DNA from: Scyliorhinus canicula
Taxonomy: Eukaryota
NCBI RefSeq assembly: GCF_902713615.1
Contig: NC_052164.1
Coordinates: 6,673,088 to 6,737,087, forward strand
DNA: 64,000 nt
Direction of reading: 5' to 3'
Part shown: positions 36,679-50,150 of the stretch, piece by piece
Numbering within the stretch: the first letter of the stretch is position 1
How the letters are laid out: every line of letters begins with the position of its first letter
The notes under the pieces: model-generated
Databases searched by the model: none
Told to the model about the DNA's origin: nothing
Seen by the model: only the letters and a program-made list of their open reading frames with translations
Program-made: the position numbers and the translations under genes

Positions 36679-38059
36679 CAGTGTTTGACTCAGTCAATGG
36701 TCACTCTGTCGGAGTCCCAAGGTTGTTGGGTTTAGGTCCTACTCTGAGCACAAAAATATAGGCTGACGCTCCAGTGCAGTACCAAGGCAGTGCTGCATTG
36801 CCAGAGATGACTTGTTAAACTAAGGTCTCATCTGCCCTCTCAGGTGGATGTAAAAGATCCCATTGCACCTTTTCAAAGGGGATTTCTCCTTAGTGTCCGA
36901 GACAATATTTATCCCTGAACCAACGTGGTCAAAATTCAGATTATCAAGCCATTAGCTTCTTTCTGTCCTGTACATTCTACGTAAATCAAGGGAATAATCC
37001 AATCTGACAAACTCAGTATGGATCTAATGATCCTTGTTTTCAAATCTCTCCATGATCTCAGACCTCCTTCTGTCTACTCCACCCCCACAACCCTCCAAGA
37101 TATAAACACTCTTCTAATTCTGACCTTGTAAACATTCTCAAATTTAATCACTTGACAAAGCAAGGAAGTGATGCTACACCTCTACAGCTCATTGGTCAGA
37201 CCACATTTCAAGTATTGTGTTCAGTTCTGGGCACCTTATTTAAGGATGTTAAAGCCCTGGAGTGAGTGCAGAGGAGATTTACTGGAATGATAACGGGAAT
37301 GAAGAATTTTAGATACAAGGAAAGATTGGAGAAATTGGGCTTTTTCTCCTTGTAGCACCTTATTGAGGTGTTGCTGGTGCAGACACAATGGCTGAACGGC
37401 CTCCTTCTATGCTGTAAATAACAAAAAAAGACTGTTGCGTTCAGCATTATTTCTCTAATTTATGGAAACCCTCCTTAAATCTCTCTCCAGCTCTTTTGTC
37501 CTTTCAGATATTCTTTAAAACCTGTCATCATCTGCTGTAATATCCCCTAATATCTCTCGGTATCAAATTTTGCTTCAATGTGCCCCTGTGGCGTATCATT
37601 GGATGTTTTATATCAAAGACGATATACAAGCTTTGTTGTTGTTGTGTACAATGGTCAGCCCAGGTAAGATGGGCAAGGGTAAAAGTAATGGTAAATTTGG
37701 GAAGGTTGACACTCATGTATACAGATATATCTCCAACCAGGTATACAGATATATCTCCACCATGTCCATAATAATCAATTTGTGTTCCCAATGTAATTTG
37801 GGTATAAACTTTGCATTATCGCCACCTGCTGGATTTAACAAGCATATCAATATTGCTTTGATTGCTGACACTCTGTTAAGAGCAGAAGAAATAGTAACAG
37901 GAGTCTTGTTGTTAGTTTGTTATTTACAGAAGGGGCCATTCGGCCCATCCTGTCTGCACCAGCTCCCAAAAGAGATACCTCGCTAGTCCCATTCCCCACC
38001 CCATATCTCCGGAGCCCTCTAAATTCATCACTTTCAAATATATATCCAGCTCTCTTTTT

Positions 38060-40180
38060 GAAATCCAGCTCTATGCCTCTATTTATAAACCCAAGGATGC
38101 TATAAGCCTTCTTTAACTGTTTCAACTTGCCTGGCCACCTTCAGAGAATTATGCACTTGAACCCCGAGGTCCCTCTGCTCCTGTACTCCCCTCAAAGTTG
38201 TACCATTGAGCCGATATTGTCTCCCCATGTTACTACTACAAAAATGCATTACCTCATATTTCGCTGCATTGAATTTCACTGGCCTGGTGTCTGCCCTTTT
38301 GGCCAACTTGTCAATGTCCTCTGAAGTCGCTCAGCATCATCCTCACAATTCACTATTCTCCCTAGCTCAGTATCATCTGCAAATTTAGAGATCCCCTAAT
38401 ACAGGTGCACAGTGGTTCACCACAGCCCTCAACATCCACTTCTAAATTATTTCTATAAATGAGAAAAAGCAAGGGTCCCAACACTGAACCCTGGGGAACA
38501 CCACTTTCAACTTGTCTCCAGTCTGAGAAATAGCCATCTATACCTACCTTCTGTTTCCTATCTCTTCGTTTTAAAATTATGATGTAAAGACTTAATTACC
38601 TGCAAAGACTCTCATTCAATGTATCGTCTTGCATCATTGACTTTGTCTACATATGTGTTTCTGGAACCCACCTCTTCATTCACCTGAGGAAGGAGCTGTG
38701 CTCCGATTCGAAACACACCTGTTGGACTTTAACCTGTTGTTGTAAGACTTTACTGTTTTTAAATTATGAATTTAGAGTACCCAATTCTCTTTTTATCCCA
38801 AATAAGGGGCAATTTAGCATGGCCAATCCACCTAGCCTGCTCATCTTTGGATTGTGGGGGTGAGACCCACACAGACACGGGGAGAATGTGCAAACTCCAC
38901 ATGGACAGTGGCGCGGGGCTAGGATCGAATCTGGATCCTCAGCGCCGTGAGGAGCAGTGCTAACCACTGCGCCACCGTGCTGCCCTAAGTTTCCTATCTC
39001 TTAGCCAACTTCTAATCCATGCTGCCAAGGACCCATTAATGCCAAACATTTTTAATTTGCTAACCTACCTGCCATGTGGCACTGTATCAAATGCTTTCTG
39101 AAAGTCCAAATATACAACATCCACGGCAGCACCTTCACCCACTGCCTGTGTCACCTTGTCAAACAGTGGTTAGCACTGTTGCTTCACAGCTCCAGGGACT
39201 AAGGTTCGATTCCCGGCTTGGTTCACTGTCTGTGCGTAGTCTACATGTTCTCCCCGTGTCAGCGTGGGTTCCCTCCGGGTGCTCTGGTTTCCTCCTACAA
39301 GTACTGAAAGACGTGCTATGAGGTGAATTGGACATTCTCGATTCCCCCTCAGTGTATTTGAACAGGCGCTGGAGTGCGTTGACTCGGGGATTTTCACAGT
39401 AACTTCATTACAGTGTTAATGTAAGCCTACTTGTGACACTAATAAAGATTATTATTATTTAGTACCAGTGCCATGCCCTCCGCTTCAGTGAGCAGTTTAC
39501 CCTGCTTGTCCCTTCACTGCTATTCACTGCGATAGGGGCTTTTCATAGTAACTTCATTTGAAGCTTACTTGTGACAATAGGCGATTTTCTTTTTCATTTG
39601 TTTTAGCACAGTCTGCAATCCTTTCCTCATGCTTCCTCTTAGCCTTCCTTATTCCAGCTTCAGCCTCTCTCCTGCATTTGAGATAGTCTTCCTGATTTCT
39701 ATTACTATTATTATTCTGGCATGAATCATATGCCTCTTTTTTCTTCCTTATTTTATGTTCAATAGCCTTAGTCATCCAAGGTATTCTAGCTTTGTATTCA
39801 TATCTCTGTATTTATTTCTCATGGGTACGTACCTAGCTTGCATCCTATTCATCTCTCCTTTGAAAGTCTCCCATTTTTCATCCACCAAAATGCATTTCCA
39901 ATCAATCTGCTCCAGTTCAACTTGTAGGCCCCTAAAATTTGCCTTTTCCAGTCTGGGATCTTAATCCATTACTGACTTTTATCCTTTCTCAATTTAATAT
40001 TAAACCGTATTATATTATGATTACTACTTCCCAACGGCTCCCCCACTCTGGCGTTCTCCACCTGCCCTGCCTCATTTCCTAGGACCAGATCTAGCACAGC
40101 TTGCTCCCTGGTAGAAATGGAAATGTACTGTTCCAGAAAGTTCTCCTGCAACACACTGCAGGAATTTCTCCCCTTCCATT
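38060..40180 (-). mobile_element. Degraded CR1-clade LINE with nested SINE and Penelope inserts
   Basis: KFNAAKYEVMHF, VQEQRDLGVQVH, KKAYSILGFINRGIE, TREQAVLDLVLGNE. Confidence 0.75.
38580..38755 (+). mobile_element. Penelope-type pseudo-LTR fragment
   Basis: CACCTGAGGAAGGAGCTGTGCTCCGA...CCTGTTGGACTTTAACC, with a small deletion in the hammerhead core. Confidence 0.65.
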
Positions 40181-40579
40181 CAGCCCTTCGAGCCTGCTCC
40201 ACCATTTAATAATATCATGGCTTCACCAGCAACACCCACATTCCTTGAACGAATAAAGAAAAGAAAATTGCCTCAACCACTTCTGAGTTCCAAATTTCAC
40301 ACTCTGGGTGAAGAAGCTTCTTCAGAATTCCCTATTGGATTTAGTGACCATCTTATATTTCCGACCCTGAATTTAGCACTCGCTCAACCCCTCATTTCTC
40401 TTTCTTTTACTTTGCAATGTACATAGAAAGGAGGTTAGAAACCTGAAATTAAAAAAAGGAAAAATTCTTGCAAGTGCACAGCATCTGAAAGAGAAAGATA
40501 AGATGGCATGAGAGATGTGATATTTCATCAACATGTACCAGAAAACGTGTTAAGTCTGTTTTTGTTTGAACTCTGAAGC

Positions 40580-40900
40580 CAGTCCCCACTCCCACCACAG
40601 AGGGCGCTCCGGCAGGGACAGGCTCCGGTCCTCCAAGTTCCCGTCAGCCTGCGGGGCGGAAAGATGGCGGCGTCCATGGGCAGGCTCCTGTGGGCAGTGG
40701 AGAAACCTCTGCGACGGGGAGTGAGCGCGAACCGGCAGGTAGGGCGGCCTCACAAACACCAAGGGGCCGCGGCCGGGAGCAGGAGCCGGCGGTTAAAGCA
40801 GACCGGCAGCCGGCTCGTCTCCTCATTTCTAAAAGCCCCGAGATTTCTTTGGGCCGAACCGCTCAGCTGGAGCGGCAGGTGTCATTGAGCACACTCTGCC
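40580..40900. promoter_or_regulatory. CpG-island-like promoter of MRPL45, possibly bidirectional
   Basis: Local GC/CpG enrichment in an AT-rich background; GC box GGGGCGGA near 40653; YY1-type AAGATGGCGGC overlapping the ATG. Confidence 0.65.
40664..40738 (+). CDS. MRPL45: Mitochondrial ribosomal protein L45 (mL45), coding exon 1 (targeting peptide)
   Basis: ATG in a GC/CpG-rich island; MAASMGRLLWAVEKPLRRGVSANRQ is Arg-rich like a presequence; donor CAG|gtaggg, phase 0. An alternative in-frame donor GGA|gtgagc lies at 40720. Confidence 0.75.
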
Positions 40901-41549
40901 TTCACCTGTTAACTCCTCCTGGATTGGGAAGCCTCCAGAGGATCCCCTCCCCGTCCATGAATTAGTTTTGACATCTCAATAGGAAGAGAAATAGTCCATT
41001 CAGCCCATTCGACTTGTTCCCCTCGATCGTGGTTGATTCACTTCAATGCCTTTCCTCCCACACTATTATTCCCCCATAATATCATTGATATTTGGAAATC
41101 TCAATCTCTGCTTTAAACATAATAACTGATTTTCCATGGCCCTCTGGAATCGAGAATTCCAAATATTCGCAACCCAAAGTGCATGGGACATCACAGGCGA
41201 GCATGATTCTTGGGCACATTCTCCTCCCTTGACCAACGATGTGAAGGATTTTGCATTTTAGATCCCTCTGTCCCACATTGTTTTGTCTCTCATGAAGGCA
41301 CTAGGAGCTTCAATTATCAGAGTTTCTGAATGTGAAATATTGTCCAAGATGGTTTGCAAACAGATGTGAGAAACATGGAAGTCAAAGCTGTAAGTGAGAG
41401 ATTACAACTGAGCTGGAAGTTGTGGTATTAAAAAGTGGTGGGTGCAATAGAGGGACCCACAATAGTGGGACGCAGGAGAGAAAGATGCAGAGTTTGAGGT
41501 AAGGAGTTTCAGAAGGTCAGAATCATAGTGTTTGAGAGCTCCTCGATTA

Positions 41550-42600
41550 GTGATGGGAGGGGAGAGGCAATACATAAAAAGGAACACAAGCAGGGAGTGA
41601 ATTTTTGTGCATTTGTGCCTGAAGTTGATAAGGAAATGTACAAGGGCTTGCACTATTGGAGGCTGGGGCAGTGAGTGTTGGAAATGGTTTCAGTGATGGA
41701 ATAAACAAGAGCTTTAAAGCTCGGGTCCAAACAAAGATTGCAAACAGACTAAAAGTGATCATGGCAAGGAATAAAATCAGTGGCTGGGAAGTAGCGATTT
41801 TAGCTGGGATCAAATGCGATGGTTTTTGTGTTCTGGATGTTAAGCTGGAGCAACTGTGACTCAACAATTCTAAATAAGCAATACGTACAGAGGGAGTTGA
41901 ACTGGGTAACATTTGTGCATATTTAGAAGGTAATTTTATGGCTGTGGCTGTTGTCAGCAAAAACTGTGGAGCATCCATGAGCTGGAGAGTACTGTGGATA
42001 GCACGTATGGAGAGGTGGTCACAACGCAGGCTCAGACGCCACAGGCAGGAAGGGAATGGGTGATCACCTGGCAGAGCAAGAGAGCTAGGCAGGCAGACCA
42101 GGAATCTCCTGTGGCCATTCCCCTGCAAAACAGATAGACCGCTTTGGATGCTGTTGAGCAGTATCACTGGAACGCAGCAACAGCAAAATTTGTCGCACCG
42201 TGGTTGGTTCTGCTGCAAAGAGGAGGAGAGAAAAGTGTGGGATCGCAATAGGGAATTCAATTGTAAGGGGAATAGATCGGCGTTTCTGTGGCCGTAAACG
42301 AGACTCCAGGATTGTATGTTGCTTCCTCTGTGCTAGGGACAAGGATGTTGTGGAGCGGTAACAGGACATTCTAGAGGGAGAGAATGAATAGCCAGTGGTT
42401 GTGGTACACAATGGTACAACGACATAGGTAAAAAAAGGGATGAGGTCCTAAAAGCAGAATATAGGGAGTTAGGAAGAAAGTTGAGAGGTCCGATCTCAGG
42501 ATTACTACAAGTGCCACATGCAAGTCAGGGTAGAATTAGCAGGATATATTGATGAAAAGGTGTAGGAAGAGAATTCTGTAGTATAGGGATGTGATGGTTG
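41550..42600 (+). mobile_element. CR1-clade 5' region / ORF1 remnant
   Basis: Degenerate esterase-like ORF1 text (IGNSIVRGIDRRFCGRKRDSRIVCC) near 42248-42325. Confidence 0.6.
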
Positions 42601-42782
42601 AAGCTTGCTACCAGCAATGGAGCAGAGGAAAATGGGATACACCATAGAACAGAATGAAAATGCAAACTGCAGCATATGCCTGGAGGAGGTTGCAAAGGGA
42701 GACTGTAGAAGGATTTGTAAACAGCCACCATTTCTTCTACCAAAGTAAACTAATTGCAAGTTAATATTTATCTGCCTGACAG

Positions 42783-42984
42783 GTTTGCCAGGGCTTGGAA
42801 GCACTGCTTAGCCCACTGAAGTTCTGTGCCTCTGCCAGCATCATTACTGTGAGAACAAAGAAGAGACATTATGTTCCACCACGTAAACAGGACAGTTCTG
42901 TTGATCAGGAGAAAGCAGCTCGAGCCGCAGGACTCGTAATTCGGCAGCAGTACATGGAACGGTCGATTAACATATCATGTACAG
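42783..42984 (+). CDS. MRPL45: MRPL45 exon 2
   Basis: ...IITVRTKKRHYVPP...ARAAGLVIRQQYMERSINISCT resembles recalled mL45 (VRTKKRF..ARKAGLVI..RSIHLACT); acceptor gacag| (or ccag| at 42792, same frame); donor AG|gtatgg, phase 1. Confidence 0.9.
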
Positions 42985-45642
42985 GTATGGGAGATCCGTC
43001 ACTCGCAGTACAGAGCATGAACTTTTAGAAGGAAACAAAATTGTGCAGGAAGAGTTTTGTGAATGGTTCACCTTCAGTATCTAAGGAAGGTTGAGATGAT
43101 CTCTCAGTGGCTGTTTATTTGTATCTTGGGTTTGGTTATCTTTAATTGGGGAAAGCGATGCAACTTTCTCCCTGTTTCTCTGCTACCCCTCCCTCCTGCT
43201 GCAATCCTTTCCAGCAGACATTGGCCTATACTGTGGCACAATCCCACTAATACTGTCCGCCCTCCATTACCTCTCAGTCAAGTGACCATTCTTCATTTGT
43301 AATCTTGAACAAACAATTTGATTACTGAATGCGGCTCAGTGACCAAATTGTTAAGTTTCTTGGTCAATGATCATCAGATTCTCAGAAGAAGGCCATTTGG
43401 CCCATCATGCGGTACAATTCTCTTAACAGCTGCTGCATTCCAGCTCATCATCACTTGCTACACTTAAAAGAGCCTCCTCCCTCCTGATCAGTTGAAAAGG
43501 GAATAGACTCTTTATTCGACAGTTGGATTCATCTTGACTTTTGCAACAAGTCGTTTTTCCAACATCGCCAATATATCTTGAACTGAACATGGAAGTTCCA
43601 AGTAAACACAATTTTATTTTATGTCCTTTTGATTTTTCTCCTGGATTTGCTTGCAACCGTGTCCTGGAGACTAATTTACATTTCTGATAACACCATATCA
43701 ATTCTGGAGAGTTGCTAACCATTGTTTTCTGTAGGCTGTATGTGCGGACATGCAGCAACCCAGGAGGTATTGTGCAATGTGCACACAAGTTGTGCCAGCT
43801 AAGTTATCAATCACAAATGTAAACATCTGCACATTCTGAGGAACAGGCTGTGCACAAGCAACAAGTTTTTACTCGAGACATTTTTGGTAATCCTAAGACT
43901 TTGATCTTAGGTAGGGGTGGCCCACGGTAGGCCACAACTACAGGGCTTAAGGAGGTGAAATAATCAGCCAGTGTTTTTACACCTTTTCTCCATCTAGTGG
44001 CCAGTGCCAGAATTGCAGGCATGCAGATACTAGCTGGGGTTAAGGTCAGGCCGATCGCCACGATCAAATGACACTTGATATCCAGGCTCCAATGAGAAGG
44101 ATGACCACTCGGGCAAGAGGTACTGCAGAGTGGCCAGGGCATAGTTCAATGTTTGAAAGCGAGGAGGGGAGAAAACTGATCTGTTTTCTGTTTTTTCTTC
44201 ACAATTGTGTGATGAATGTAAAAATTGTGAAAATATTATATTTTACATCAGTTACAGTAGTATTTTTAAATGCCTGGGTTAAGGTATATATTCACTGCAG
44301 TAATATTATTAAAGGACCTAGGTTAAGGCACCCAGACTGTGGGTCTGCTAAAGCTGTAAATAAAGAGTCGTAAAAGGTGAGGTAATTATTTATTTTAACC
44401 ACTTACTTGGTTACAGATAATGGAATTGTGTTTTGATTGTTGGTGGTTTCCTTGAGTATAGATTAGTCCTAACATAGGAGATCATGGAACGCAATGGGAT
44501 AGAAATGATGTAATTAATGGGAGGAGCCAGGTCTGTCTGTAGTTTTGCAGTCTGTTGTAGGATTTTAAGTTGACCAGCTGATTTGCCAAATGCCATTAGG
44601 TTGAGCAGAACTGGATCTGCTCTTGAAAGGAACTCCCTCCAAAAGTCTCGACACAGTTAAACAGTAAACCTGTTTTGTTAACCCTGTTTTTGATTGGCAT
44701 TTGAACTTATTGGGTTGCTTAATTAGAGTTAGCAACAGGCATAGATAGTAAGCTTAAGTTTTTCCTTATATTTAAGAACTGTTTAACATCTGATAATTGT
44801 AACGCTATTTCTTTGACGTCAATGTGGTTAATTCAGCGTTTAAATTAAAGTTTGTTTTAACATAAAATATGTCTATTGGTCAGAGTCATCATTGCTGAGG
44901 TGAAGCATCCTTTGCTCATGGTTTTACAGATTTTAGAACAATGTTTGGGTTCTAATCTGGTATCCTAACAAATGTTGGAGTCTTGTCTGGTAGTCTAACA
45001 ATTGGCAAAATACATTTTTGGTGTAAAAGCAGTTTCTCATCTTAAGATTCATCTTAAGTGGATGACATAATGTATAGTTTTCACACACGCTAGTGTGTGC
45101 TGTGGGTGCTGGCTCTGGATGGTCTTCAACAGGGATAGTTCTTGGTAGGGGCAGAGATCACATCATTCAGAGTTCTTTAAGATAACAAGTGATTCAGTGT
45201 GGACTGGCTTCCATTGCCTCAGGGGTCAAAGAGAATTTTGCAGAGTATTTTTTCGTCTGATTGGACTTTCTCTTTTTAATAAATTTAGAGTACCCAATTA
45301 ATTTTTTCCAATTAAGGGGCAATTTAGCGTGGCCAATCCACCTACCCTGCACATCTTTTGGGTTGTGGGGGTGAGACCCACGCAGACACTGGGAGAATGT
45401 GCAAACTCCACACGGACAATGACCCAGAGCTAGGATTAAACAGTGCTACCCACTGTGCCACCATGCTGCCCCCCCCATTAGACTTTCTCTTTTGTTGCCT
45501 CTCCCAGGAGATTACATGACTAGGGGGAGGGTTGAGGGAAGTGATGCTCCAGCCACCATGGTGTGGGCAGGTTTGTTGGGCCAACTGATATTTCCCTGTC
45601 ATAAGTTTGTCAGTGACCCATGCTGCTATGTCTTTTCTGTAG

Positions 45643-45760
45643 CGGGAATATTTGATCCATACATTCCACCCGAAGGTGATGCTCGCATGTCCTCCCTAAC
45701 AAAGGCAGGGTTGAAACAACGCGCAGAGCAGATCAAGCAAAGTGCAGCGTCACAACTTGC
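45643..45760 (+). CDS. MRPL45: MRPL45 exon 3
   Basis: [40 protein letters not shown] matches the mL45 motif GIFDAYVPPEGDARISSL; ttttctgtag| acceptor, |gtaagt donor, phases 1 and 2. Confidence 0.95.
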
Positions 45761-47434
45761 GTAAGTTGCCATTTGCATTCTCATTGTGTAATAAAGCACT
45801 GGTCCTCAAACATTTTTGTTTGCAGGACCCCTCTTAAAATAGATGCGAAATCACCAATGTATCATTTAAAATGTAATACAAAAAGCCATGATACAAAAGT
45901 GTTGCATGTATAGTGTGTCTTATTGATGCATATTAGAAAAAATATATTTCTGATGTATACCGATGAAGTGGGTGTGTATGCGTCTTACTGGACAGCCTGT
46001 GGATCTTGGTGGGATGTTTCCTGCACTCTGCTCACACTGAGCATGCCTCTGGTTGCTGCTTACTTCTGACCATGGTATTCTCCCAAAAACAGCACCTCGC
46101 GCCATTGACCACCAATAGGTCTGGCCCTGTTTGTTAAACATTTCACACTATTGTGCGGATCCCCTGCAAAGTCACTTGGGCCCCTGGGCCTTGATGGAGT
46201 CCAATTTGAGAACCACTACAATAAAGTATTGTACATTGTGCCTCTCTAGTATTTATAGCGTTTGAGACAGAGGTGGGAATGTCACTGGACTTGTAATCCT
46301 GAGGCCCAGACTGATACTCTGGGGACATGAAATATATCCCACCATGGCAGCTGGTGGGATTTAAATTGAATTGATAAAAATCTGAAATTGCACACGGGTC
46401 TCAGTAATGGTGACCATGAAATCATTGTCAATTATTATAAAAACCCATCATCCTTGCCTGGTATGGCCTACATGTGGCTCTAGATCCACAGCGATGTGGT
46501 TGACTCGTAACAGCCCCTGAAATGGCCTTGCAAGATTCTCAGTTCAAGGACAATTGGGGTTGGGTAACGAATGCTGGGCTTGACAGCGAAGCCCACATCT
46601 CATGAAAAAATAAATAAATAAAACCATATTGAGCCAGTCAGGGTACAGTATCTGAAGAAAGATTAACAAGCTGGTGAAAAGCTGATTTAGGTTTGAAATC
46701 TTTGTTTAATTCTTCACCATCTTTAATGACTGTGTTTGTTATACACACTGGTAATGAGGTAACTGTTGGAATTGAACCGAGGTCCCTGGTGTTGTGAGGC
46801 AGCAAAGCTGACCACTGTGCCGACAGTATGAGAATTAAATGAAATAGTGTGAGAACTAAACATAACTCATTCAATAACATTCCTGCCTCTGAGCCAGAAC
46901 GTCATGGAACAGGTCCCACTCCAGAGACTTAGCATGGAATCTAGTTTTGCTGCACTGTTGGAGTGCACCTTCCTAACAGACGGTTGATGCAGAATGATGG
47001 GCCAAATGACCTCCTTCGGCACTGTAGGGGTTCTGTGTTCTATGTGATCCCAGTTATTTACTGTTTGAACATTTCCTTTCATTGGCGCAGGTGTTCAAAA
47101 AGGTGGCTCACCACCACCTTCTCGAGGGCAATTAGGGATGGACAATAAATGCTGGCCTAGCCAGCGACATCCACATCCCATGAACAAATGAAAAAGGGAA
47201 TGCATCTTTTAAATGAGAGGATAAAAGAAAGCCCCATCAGTTCTCTAAGCTAAACAGAAGAATCCCAGGGCACCCGTTCAAACATAAGTTCTCCCTGGTG
47301 TCCTAGTTGTCCTCAACCTGTATAACTGACGGTCTTATTTCTGTTGTAAGACCTTGCAATGCAAAATTGGAGTGTTGTGAGCCGTGAGCTGCACAATATT
47401 AGTGCAGGCTTTTCGATCTGACCAGGGGAGAAGT

Positions 47435-48590
47435 GAAGCAAAAACAGAAAATGCTGGAAAATTTAGCAGGTCTGGCAGCATCTGTGGGACAGAAAATAGA
47501 GCTAACAGTTTGAATTCATACAACAATTCTTCATAGCTAAAGAGAGGGAGAATGTGATAGATTATATATTGTGTAAGAGGGTGGAGCAGCTGGAGAGTAG
47601 ACGGTCAGTGACTGGTGGGAACGAGGAGCAATTGCAACAAAGATGTGTAGGTTACAAGACAGGAAGCATTAATGGCAATGTGAAGAGCTTCAGAAGTAGC
47701 TGGGATGAAGGTAAGAAACGGAATGTGTACTGTGAGAACAAAGGTTAATGCTCAGTGAAAGCAAAACTAAAGAATAAGTAGCAGGTGGCCCAAAAGGATC
47801 AAGATGGAGGAGAAAGATCCCAGTTTAAAGTTGAGATCAATGTTGAATTCTGAGGGCTGTAACATCACCAACTTGAAGATGAGATGCTCGCTTCACTGGA
47901 GCATCGCAGCAGGGCAAGGATGGACATGTGGGCATGAGGACAAGATACTGAGTTAAAATGGCAAATGACAGGAAGGTTGGCATCATGGTTGCGGGCTGAG
48001 CGACAGTGTTCCACAAAGCCCTCAGCCAGTCACAGTCTCCCCAGTGTAGAGACCGCATTGGGAGCAGCGAATACTGTAAACTAAATTAACGGAGGTGCAA
48101 ATGAAATGTTGCTTCTCCTGAGAGGAGTATTTGGGACCTTGAATGATGAGGAAGGAGGAGGTGAAGGGGCCGGTGTCGCACCTTCTGCAATTGCAAGGGA
48201 AGGTGCAGTGAGAAGGGATTCCTCAGGATTCACCTGAGGAAGGAGCAGTGCTCCGAAAGCTAGTGATTCGAAACAAACCTGTTGGACTTTAATTTGGTGT
48301 TGTAAGACTTCTTACTGTGCCCACCCCAGTCCAACGCCGGCATCTCCACATCACCAGAAATGTAGGCAGGGAGGTTAAGGTAGGGAAGGGAAATGTCGGA
48401 GATGGACCATGTAAAGGTGGGTGAAAATTGGATGCAAAATTGATGCATTCTTCCAGGTCCAGACAGGAACATGAAGTGGCGCTGAAACAGTTGCGAGAGG
48501 GGGCCTGAGTAGGTCTGGAACAAGGAGTGTTCCACACACCCCACAAAAAGACAGGCATAACTGGGGCCCATGGCCACACCTTTGCAGGAA
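47435..48590 (-). mobile_element. Inverted, more deleted Penelope-like remnant
   Basis: Minus-strand ORF fragments MAMGPSYACLFVGCVEHSLF and FTWSISDISLP; terminal sequence near 47440-47530 is the reverse complement of about 50040-50150. Confidence 0.75.
48217..48353 (+). mobile_element. Penelope-type pseudo-LTR copy nested in the older Penelope remnant
   Basis: CACCTGAGGAAGGAGCAGTGCTCCGAAAGCTAGTG...CATCTCCACATCA, same family as 34868-35043. Confidence 0.75.
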
Positions 48591-50150
48591 GTGAGACAAG
48601 TCCCGTTTACCTTGTCTCACTTCCTGCAAATAAACGACGTGGCTATGTGTACCTGCATGGGCCCTAGTTATGTCTGCCTTTTTGTGGGTTGTGTGGAACA
48701 TTCTTTGTTCTACTCCGACACGGGCCTCTCCCACAACTATTTTTCGGTTACATCGATGACTGTATCGGTGCTTCTTCATGCTCTCATCTGGACCTGGAAA
48801 TATTTATCAATTTTACATCCATATATCACGCCTCCCTCCCCTTCACATGGTCAATTTCCGACATTTCCTTTCCTTGACTTCTGTCTCCATTTCTGGTGAT
48901 GGACTGACCACCAATATTCATTACAAGCCCACTGACTCCCAGAGCTACCTTGACTACAGCTCCACACACCCTGCCTCCTGTAAGAGCCCAATCTTGCAGT
49001 TTCTCCGTCTCCGTTGTATCTGTTCTGATGATGCAACCTTCGAAAATGGCACTTCTGACATGTTTGCCTATTCTCTGAATCGAGGATTCCCCTCACCTGT
49101 GGTTTCAAGGCACTCACCCGGGTTTGACCCATTTCCCGTACCTGCCCTCACCCATTCCCCCCCCCCCCCCCCCCCCCCCCGAACCATGATAGCGTCCCCT
49201 TGTCTTCACTTGCCAGCCAACCAGCGTCCACATTCAAGGAATCATCGTCATACTCCAGCATAATGCCATCACAAAACACATTTTCCCCTCATGCTCAAAC
49301 CCCCCCCATAGTGTCAGCATTCCACAGGAACCGCTCCCTCCTTAACACCCTGGTCCACTCCTCAATATTGAGGAGACTGAATGTAGACTGGGTGACCACT
49401 TTGCTGAACACCTTTGCTCTAGCTGCAAGCATGATGCCAACCTTCCTGTCGTTTATGTGGAGCAGACTCGATGGGCCGAGTGGCCTAATTCTGCTCCTAT
49501 GTCTTCTGTCTTATGGTTTACAATTTTAACTCAGCACCTCGCTCTCGTGCCCACAAGTCCGTCCTTGGCCTGCTGCGATGTTCCAGCGAAGCCCAACACA
49601 AATGGGAGGAGCAGCATCTCATCTTCCGATTAGGCACGATACAGCCCTCCGGACTCAACATTGAGTTGAACAGCTTTAGACTGATCTTCACCTCCAGTTT
49701 GACCTTTTTTAATATACAAAACATTTTTTTGCCCAAATGCAGAACATTCCCATCCCGGCCCATCTGTCACTTGTTCTTTAGTTTTGTATTCACTGAGCAC
49801 TTTACCCTCCCATTAACACACCTGATATCTTACCTTCATGCCACTATTAACACCTTCACTCCGCCATTAACGCTGCCTCTCTGTCTCGTGACTGACACAA
49901 CTTTGTTGCAATCTCGCCTAGCTTCCACCAGTCACTGACCTACACTGCTCCAGCTCAACTGCTCCTCCCCTCTTACACAGTATCTAATCCAACATATTCC
50001 TCCCTCTCTTTAGCCCTGAAGAAGAGTCATACTGACTCGAAACGTTAATTCTGTGTTCTCTCTCCACAGATGCTGCCAGACCTTCTGAGTTTTCCCAACA
50101 TTTTCTGTTTTTGTTTCCGATTCCAGCATCTGCAGCATTTTGCTTTTATT
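48590..50150 (+). mobile_element. Penelope-like element remnant (RT, C-terminal region, pseudo-LTR with hammerhead motif)
   Basis: Fragments MGPSY.CLFVG, YIDD, YKPTDSQSYLDYSS.HP, QFLRLR.ICSDD, EEQHLIFRLGTIQPSGLNIE; CTGAAGA-AGAGTC-atact-GACTC-GAAACGTT near 50016-50047. Confidence 0.85.

Noticed and set aside
41547-42260. 237-aa minus-strand ORF
   Set aside because: Antisense to a degraded CR1 5' region; no recognisable domain or splice context.
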